A stretch of DNA of 2,376 bases from Naegleria gruberi. Lineage: Eukaryota. Positions 1-2,376 of the stretch are shown one piece after another; the stretch's first letter is position 1; every line of letters starts with the position of its first letter. The notes under the pieces are model-generated. The model was not told the origin of the DNA. It was given only the letters and a program-made list of their open reading frames with translations, and made no database searches. The stretch lies in assembly GCA_000004985.1 (NCBI GenBank), contig GG739267.1; one strand, given 5' to 3'. A program made the translations under genes and the position numbers.

Positions 1-166
1 TATACTTTTGCAACATGATTACATTCAATTTTTATATTTGGAGATATACTTTGTAAATATTTCATAATTTCAGGATTATCACAACAAGAAGAATGTGTTA
101 GTTTAATAAACACACCTTCAGGATGATGTGGATATGAATTAGTCTTGAATACAATTAATAATCTTG
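1..166 (-). CDS. 3'-ward coding exon of gene A, truncated by the window edge; the true 5' end of the exon may be 143, 166 or 207
   Basis: One minus-strand frame is open from 245 to position 1 (81 codons): TPSLFLSLGCLARNLKYSIDCEPYPSARLLIVFKTNSYPHHPEGVFIKLTHSSCCDNPEIMKYLQSISPNIKIECNHVAKV.... The other two frames are stop-riddled. The composition looks globular. Confidence 0.45.
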
Positions 167-342
167 CTGAGGGATATGGTTCACAATCAATTGAGTATTT
201 TAAGTTTCTTGCCAAGCATCCAAGAGAGAGAAATAGTGAAGGTGTTCAATTTTCCTTGTCAATGTGATCAAATCCCTTCTTTAACTGTCTAAAGTCCACT
301 TCTAGATGAGGATTGCTGCCACCACTATGACTATCCACTTAC
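167..342 (-). other. Intron of gene A; the 3' end is uncertain, with candidate acceptors at 168..167, 145..144 or 209..208
   Basis: The strong donor GTAAGT at 342..337 is phase 0. The downstream open frame (245..1) offers a good pyrimidine-tract acceptor ccatatccctcAG at 168..167, but that is phase 1. The only phase-0 acceptor is tgtattcaAG at 145..144. The phase-2 option ttggcaAG at 209..208 follows a long CT-rich tract. Confidence 0.3.
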
Positions 343-487
343 TTTCCTGTTACTATCTAAGGAAGGCATAGTTGGAATCTTGTCTATTGCTAGGTTCCAA
401 CCTTCTTCATTGGTTGGTTTTAACATGAGGAATTTGATAATGGAATTATGTTTGCATAATAGAGCGATTGGAGTTTTATCAATCTTA
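343..487 (-). CDS. Internal coding exon of gene A (145 nt; phase 2 in, phase 0 out)
   Basis: Translation (F)KIDKTPIALLCKHNSIIKFLMLKPTNEEGWNLAIDKIPTMPSLDSNRK has no stops. The frame terminates exactly at AAA|GTAAGTGG (GTAAGT at 342..337) and hits TAG two codons into the intron. This frame is open from 558 down to 343 (72 codons). Confidence 0.5.
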
Positions 488-589
488 CTATCCAAAGAAA
501 CAAGTGATATTTTGCCATCAATAATTGGTGCAATACAAAACGGAAGGCCTTCTAAAACTTATTTTATCAAGCAACGAACAACTACTTAC
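488..589 (-). other. Intron of gene A (102 nt), GTAAGT ... tttctttggatAG
   Basis: Donor GTAAGT at 589..584. The acceptor AG at 489..488 is the only AG that restores the downstream open frame in the correct phase (phase 2). The intron is AT/U-rich with a pyrimidine stretch before the AG, and it has stops in the continuing frame immediately after the donor. Confidence 0.45.
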
Positions 590-672
590 AATGGATTTGT
601 AAACAGCAGAAGTGTCAATTGTTTTTCCAATATTATATCTGGTTGACAGACTCTTAGATTCAAGAGGTTCAC
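590..672 (-). CDS. Internal coding exon of gene A (83 nt, ends in phase 2); could instead be one exon reaching upstream to the in-frame ATGs at 705..703 or 699..697
   Basis: Candidate acceptor ttaacgCAG|GTG (AG at 674..673). The open frame translates VNLLNLRVCQPDIILEKQLTLLLFTNP and ends at the donor ATT|GTAAGTAG (GTAAGT at 589..584 on the minus strand). The same frame is open upstream to 779 (LEYSSRFIKVFDDFTTNMIMSITYN...). Confidence 0.45.
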
Positions 673-701
673 CTGCGTTAAATTGTATGTTATTGACATG
701 A

Positions 702-848
702 TCATGTTTGTTGTAAAATCATCAAAGACTTTGATAAACCTTGAGCTGTATTCAAGTCATAAATATCAGAAACTTTCAAAGCATAAGTGAACGGTGGAAG
801 AGACTGACCGTTTACAAGATCAGAAGAATTAGCAATCATTCGTTTCAT
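702..848 (-). CDS. First coding segment of gene A (48 aa plus stop); alternatively a long upstream ORF in the leader of gene A
   Basis: Minus-strand ATG at 848..846 in context ggtggtataATGaaa (A at -3). The frame is open for 48 codons to TGA at 704..702. The stop-to-stop open frame is 77 codons, which is unlikely by chance at this AT content. Translation is MKRMIANSSDLVNGQSLPPFTYALKVSDIYDLNTAQGLSKSLMILQQT*. A pyrimidine-rich tract lies just upstream on the minus strand. Phase-0 candidate donors inside it (CTT|GTAAAC at 815, AAA|GTTTCT at 773) could splice to the phase-0 acceptor at 673. Confidence 0.35.
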   Translation of the reverse strand: MKRMIANSSDLVNGQSLPPFTYALKVSDIYDLNTAQGLSKSLMILQQT

Positions 849-883
849 TATACCACCATTCTTCAATATATAGTTTTTTGTTG

Positions 884-948
884 AGAGGGAAGAGACACAA
901 ATTACTGTTACAAGTGGGGAGGAGGGGTAAAAATCTTACTTTTAATTT
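884..948 (-). promoter_or_regulatory. Putative core promoter and leader of gene A: pyrimidine (Y) patches and an AT-rich TATA-like stretch upstream of ATG 848
   Basis: On the minus strand, gtgtctcttccctctc (plus 884..899) and cccctcctcccc (plus 916..927) lie 35-80 nt upstream of the ATG. The AT-rich stretch ctaaattaaaagtaag (plus 934..949) lies beyond them. There is no canonical TATAAA. Confidence 0.25.
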
Positions 949-1010
949 AGGGGTGTTGGCTAGAAAATTACGAAATAATTGGGGGGTAAAAACATTATTT
1001 ATTTAATTAT
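924..1010. repeat. Imperfect ~27-nt direct repeat starting GGGGTAAAAA, two copies 59 bp apart
   Basis: The two copies are 924..950 ggggtaaaaatcttacttttaatttag and 983..1010 ggggtaaaaacattatttatttaatta. The first 10 nt are identical and the rest is about 75% similar. An additional G-run at 953..956 lies between them. Confidence 0.6.
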
Positions 1011-1430
1011 TTCTTAACTAATTCTTCAAATTGTGATATCTTTGGTACTCCACGTTTCTAATTCTATAGTGGTTCTTCTTCTTGTTCCAATTCCTTCTCT
1101 TGTTAAACCTATGGAGTTATAGTTGCTGGGAAAGTCTTCTTAACTTTTTCTTTGGTTATTTTTGTCCGTATGTGGTGAAGTATAAACCATTGTATTGTGC
1201 TGGTTGTTGTTGATTAATCTTCCTTTCTATTTACAAAAGTGTCTTCTAAGGTAATGAATCATCAGTTTGTACCAATGGTTATCCTTAATTAATTTCTTGA
1301 TGGTAATAGCTGTAGGAATTCATGAAGTGAAGGTAAGGCGTGTTATTGTTGTTGTGGAAACATTTGGAAGTGCGTGCTTTGTTTTGGTAGAGGGTTAGTT
1401 GTATTGAGGTTTTTTTAAAATATTTTTTTA

Positions 1431-1459
1431 CTTTTATTAAGCTAGCTTTTACAATAAAG
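1431..1459. repeat. Imperfect palindrome centred on AAGCTAGCTT (NheI site)
   Basis: The perfect 10-nt palindrome aagctagctt lies at 1439..1448. The flanks ctttTATT and AATAAAg extend the inverted symmetry, with a 4-nt interruption on the right arm. Confidence 0.6.
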
Positions 1460-1518
1460 AAAAATCAAGCAAGCTGAAAGCGAAGCTTGGTTTTTCTTAA
1501 AATTTTAATAAAATTACA

Positions 1519-1567
1519 TTACACACGAGTGGGGTGGAGAAAATATTATTTTACATACGAGTGGGGT
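1519..1567. repeat. Two copies of a 17-nt direct repeat TTACAyACGAGTGGGGT with a 32-bp period
   Basis: Copy 1 is 1519..1535 (ttacacacgagtggggt) and copy 2 is 1551..1567 (ttacatacgagtggggt), 16/17 identical. The spacers are both A/T-rich. Confidence 0.8.
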
Positions 1568-1754
1568 CAAAACGAAGGACCGTAATTAATGTCTCTTCCC
1601 AGAACCCTTGAAACATTTTTTCCGACAAAATTGAGGTTTCGTTCTTAGTTAACAGTAAATAATTGTTTTTATTGCCAGGTTTTAAGATCATGGTGGGCTT
1701 AGAACATAAATTGTATTGCTTAAAACGAATATAATCGCCACTTTCTTCAAGAAA

Positions 1755-1759
1755 CCAAT
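1755..1759 (+). promoter_or_regulatory. CCAAT pentamer upstream of the TATA box of gene B
   Basis: The CCAAT in gaaaCCAATtc lies 24 nt upstream of the TATA box. This is closer than the classical spacing, so it is weak. Confidence 0.2.
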
Positions 1760-1782
1760 TCTTTAATCCGTTGTTGATTTTC

Positions 1783-1790
1783 TATAAATA
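1783..1790 (+). promoter_or_regulatory. TATA box (tcTATAAATAg) of gene B
   Basis: Perfect TATAAATA sits within an AT-rich context, about 200 nt upstream of the first ATG of the long plus-strand open frame. No ATG lies between it and 1960. Confidence 0.5.
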
Positions 1791-1884
1791 GAGGAGACAA
1801 GTAACTTATATCTGAGGTGCCCACTAATTAGATTCTCATTGAGATTCAGGTTATTTAAAATTCCACTACTGCTGTAGACCTGCA

Positions 1885-1950
1885 GTAAGTTTGTTGTTGG
1901 CCTACAACGACAACAAAAAAAAAAGCGTCAAAACTGCAGTTGTTCTTCAG
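1885..1950 (+). other. Candidate short intron in the 5' leader of gene B (GTAAGT ... CAG at 1939 or ttcttCAG at 1950)
   Basis: CA|GTAAGT at 1885..1890 is followed by an A10 run. Two acceptor-like sites follow, ctgcAG (1938..1939) and tgttcttcAG (1949..1950), giving 55 or 66 nt. The signals are purely sequence-based, and the leader could equally be unspliced. Confidence 0.2.
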
Positions 1951-1991
1951 CTGCTACTAATGGACCACCATTAGAAAGTGTAAATATTGAA

Positions 1992-2376
1992 ATGAGGTTG
2001 GATAGTGAGTCAATGTATTCTGTTTCATTAGATGGTATTTATGGAAATGTGTTATCTGAAGCAAATGTTGTCTCATCACCTGCTTTGAATAGTTGTGTTT
2101 CGTCCTTTTCATTGAAGAAACCTTCTCCATTGGATCAACGCTTGGATTTGTTGAAGTTTGTGAAACAATTTGTCAGAGTAGAGAAGAATGAAAGTAAGGA
2201 AGTAATTGAAGAGGAATTGAGAATTGTTTCAACTTGGAGTCAACAAGATATGATGAACACTCCATCAGTGGCAAGCATGTCAAGTTTAAACTCTGAAATG
2301 AGTTTAATGTCAATGACCTCTGACAGATCATTAGCAAATATGATCAAAGATGATTATTTCAAAGTTCCAGAAAAGA
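1992..2376 (+). CDS. 5' part of gene B: Ser-rich N-terminal region of an unidentified protein, truncated at the window end
   Basis: ATG at 1992 (context attgaaATGA). The frame is open for 128 codons to the last base of the window: MRLDSESMYSVSLDGIYGNVLSEANVVSSPALNSCVSSFSLKKPSPLDQRLDLLKFVKQFVRVEKNESKEVIEEELRIVSTWSQQDMMNTPSVASMSSLNSEMSLMSMTSDRSLANMIKDDYFKVPEK.... It has no stop, which explains its absence from the supplied track. The TATA box lies upstream and the orientation is divergent from gene A. Confidence 0.6.
   Translation, partial: MRLDSESMYSVSLDGIYGNVLSEANVVSSPALNSCVSSFSLKKPSPLDQRLDLLKFVKQFVRVEKNESKEVIEEELRIVSTWSQQDMMNTPSVASMSSLNSEMSLMSMTSDRSLANMIKDDYFKVPEK

Noticed and set aside
121-150. 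GGATGATG near 121..128, considered as a snoRNA C box.
   Set aside because: The sequence is TGATGT, not TGATGA. It is on the strand opposite to the host-gene introns, and no D box or terminal stem is evident.
380-646. The only ORF in the supplied track (88 aa, plus strand).
   Set aside because: It lies antisense to gene A and spans the proposed 488..589 intron, including the GTAAGT donor region. The minus strand here carries open frames that terminate at splice donors. The peptide has no recognisable domain character and no promoter context. It is most likely a chance antisense ORF.
590-848. Eyeballed resemblance of gene A's N-terminal translations to roadblock/LAMTOR3-type proteins (motifs like A-L-K-V-S-D, Q-G-LSK, YN-TQV, LEKxL).
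   Set aside because: The matches come from two different reading frames that cannot be joined without an unexplained frameshift. The implied alignment skips essential secondary-structure elements. The gene clearly continues for more than 130 further codons in exons c and d, which is incompatible with an approximately 120-aa roadblock protein. I treat it as a short-motif coincidence recalled from memory, not evidence.
1596-1640. Possible heat-shock-like GAA/TTC spacing and a CCGAC (DRE/LTRE core) at 1622..1626.
   Set aside because: The GAA...TTC units are not at the 2-nt alternating spacing required for an HSE. The CCGAC is preceded by T, not the A/G of the RCCGAC consensus. A single 5-mer is expected by chance in a window this size.
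2193-2198. Donor-like AAA|GTAAGG inside the gene B open frame.
   Set aside because: The reading frame continues open for about 60 codons beyond it to the window end, so the simplest reading is exon-internal sequence. It cannot be excluded as a real donor without transcript data.
1-2376. A prokaryotic defence or other operon-encoded 'system', a CRISPR array, or tRNA/rRNA genes.
   Set aside because: There is no dense same-strand ORF packing, no Shine-Dalgarno-type spacing and no regularly spaced repeat-spacer units. Instead there are GTAAGT donors at frame ends, a TATA/CCAAT promoter and AT-rich introns, which point to eukaryotic nuclear DNA. I also found no tRNA-like T-arm (GGTTCGAAtCC-type) or rRNA-like segments.

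Overview
The window reads as AT-rich eukaryotic nuclear DNA (roughly one-third G+C by eye), not a prokaryotic locus. I see no CRISPR array, rRNA or tRNA gene, operon-like ORF packing or defence-system signature. It most likely holds two protein-coding genes transcribed away from each other, separated by about 1.1 kb of intergenic/promoter DNA (849..1991).

- **Gene A, minus strand, about 848 down to 1, truncated at the window edge.** It looks split into at least four exons. Two open reading frames each end exactly at a canonical GTAAGT donor, on the minus strand at 589 and 342. Exon phases are consistent across the 488..589 intron.
- **Gene B, plus strand.** It starts at ATG 1992 and stays open to the window end (128 codons, Ser-rich N-terminus). 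It is preceded by a textbook TATA box TCTATAAATAG (1783..1790), a CCAAT pentamer (1755..1759) and a possible short leader intron.

The only ORF in the supplied track (380..646 +) is most likely spurious. It lies antisense to gene A and spans one of its introns.

The intergenic region carries several short direct repeats and an NheI-centred palindrome of unknown function.

I could not assign a family to either product with confidence. All exon boundaries are inferred from open-frame statistics and splice-signal logic only; no similarity search or expression data were available. I found nothing that supports a novel 'system'. The points worth a second look are the gene-model ambiguities at both ends of gene A and the repeat architecture of the shared promoter region.
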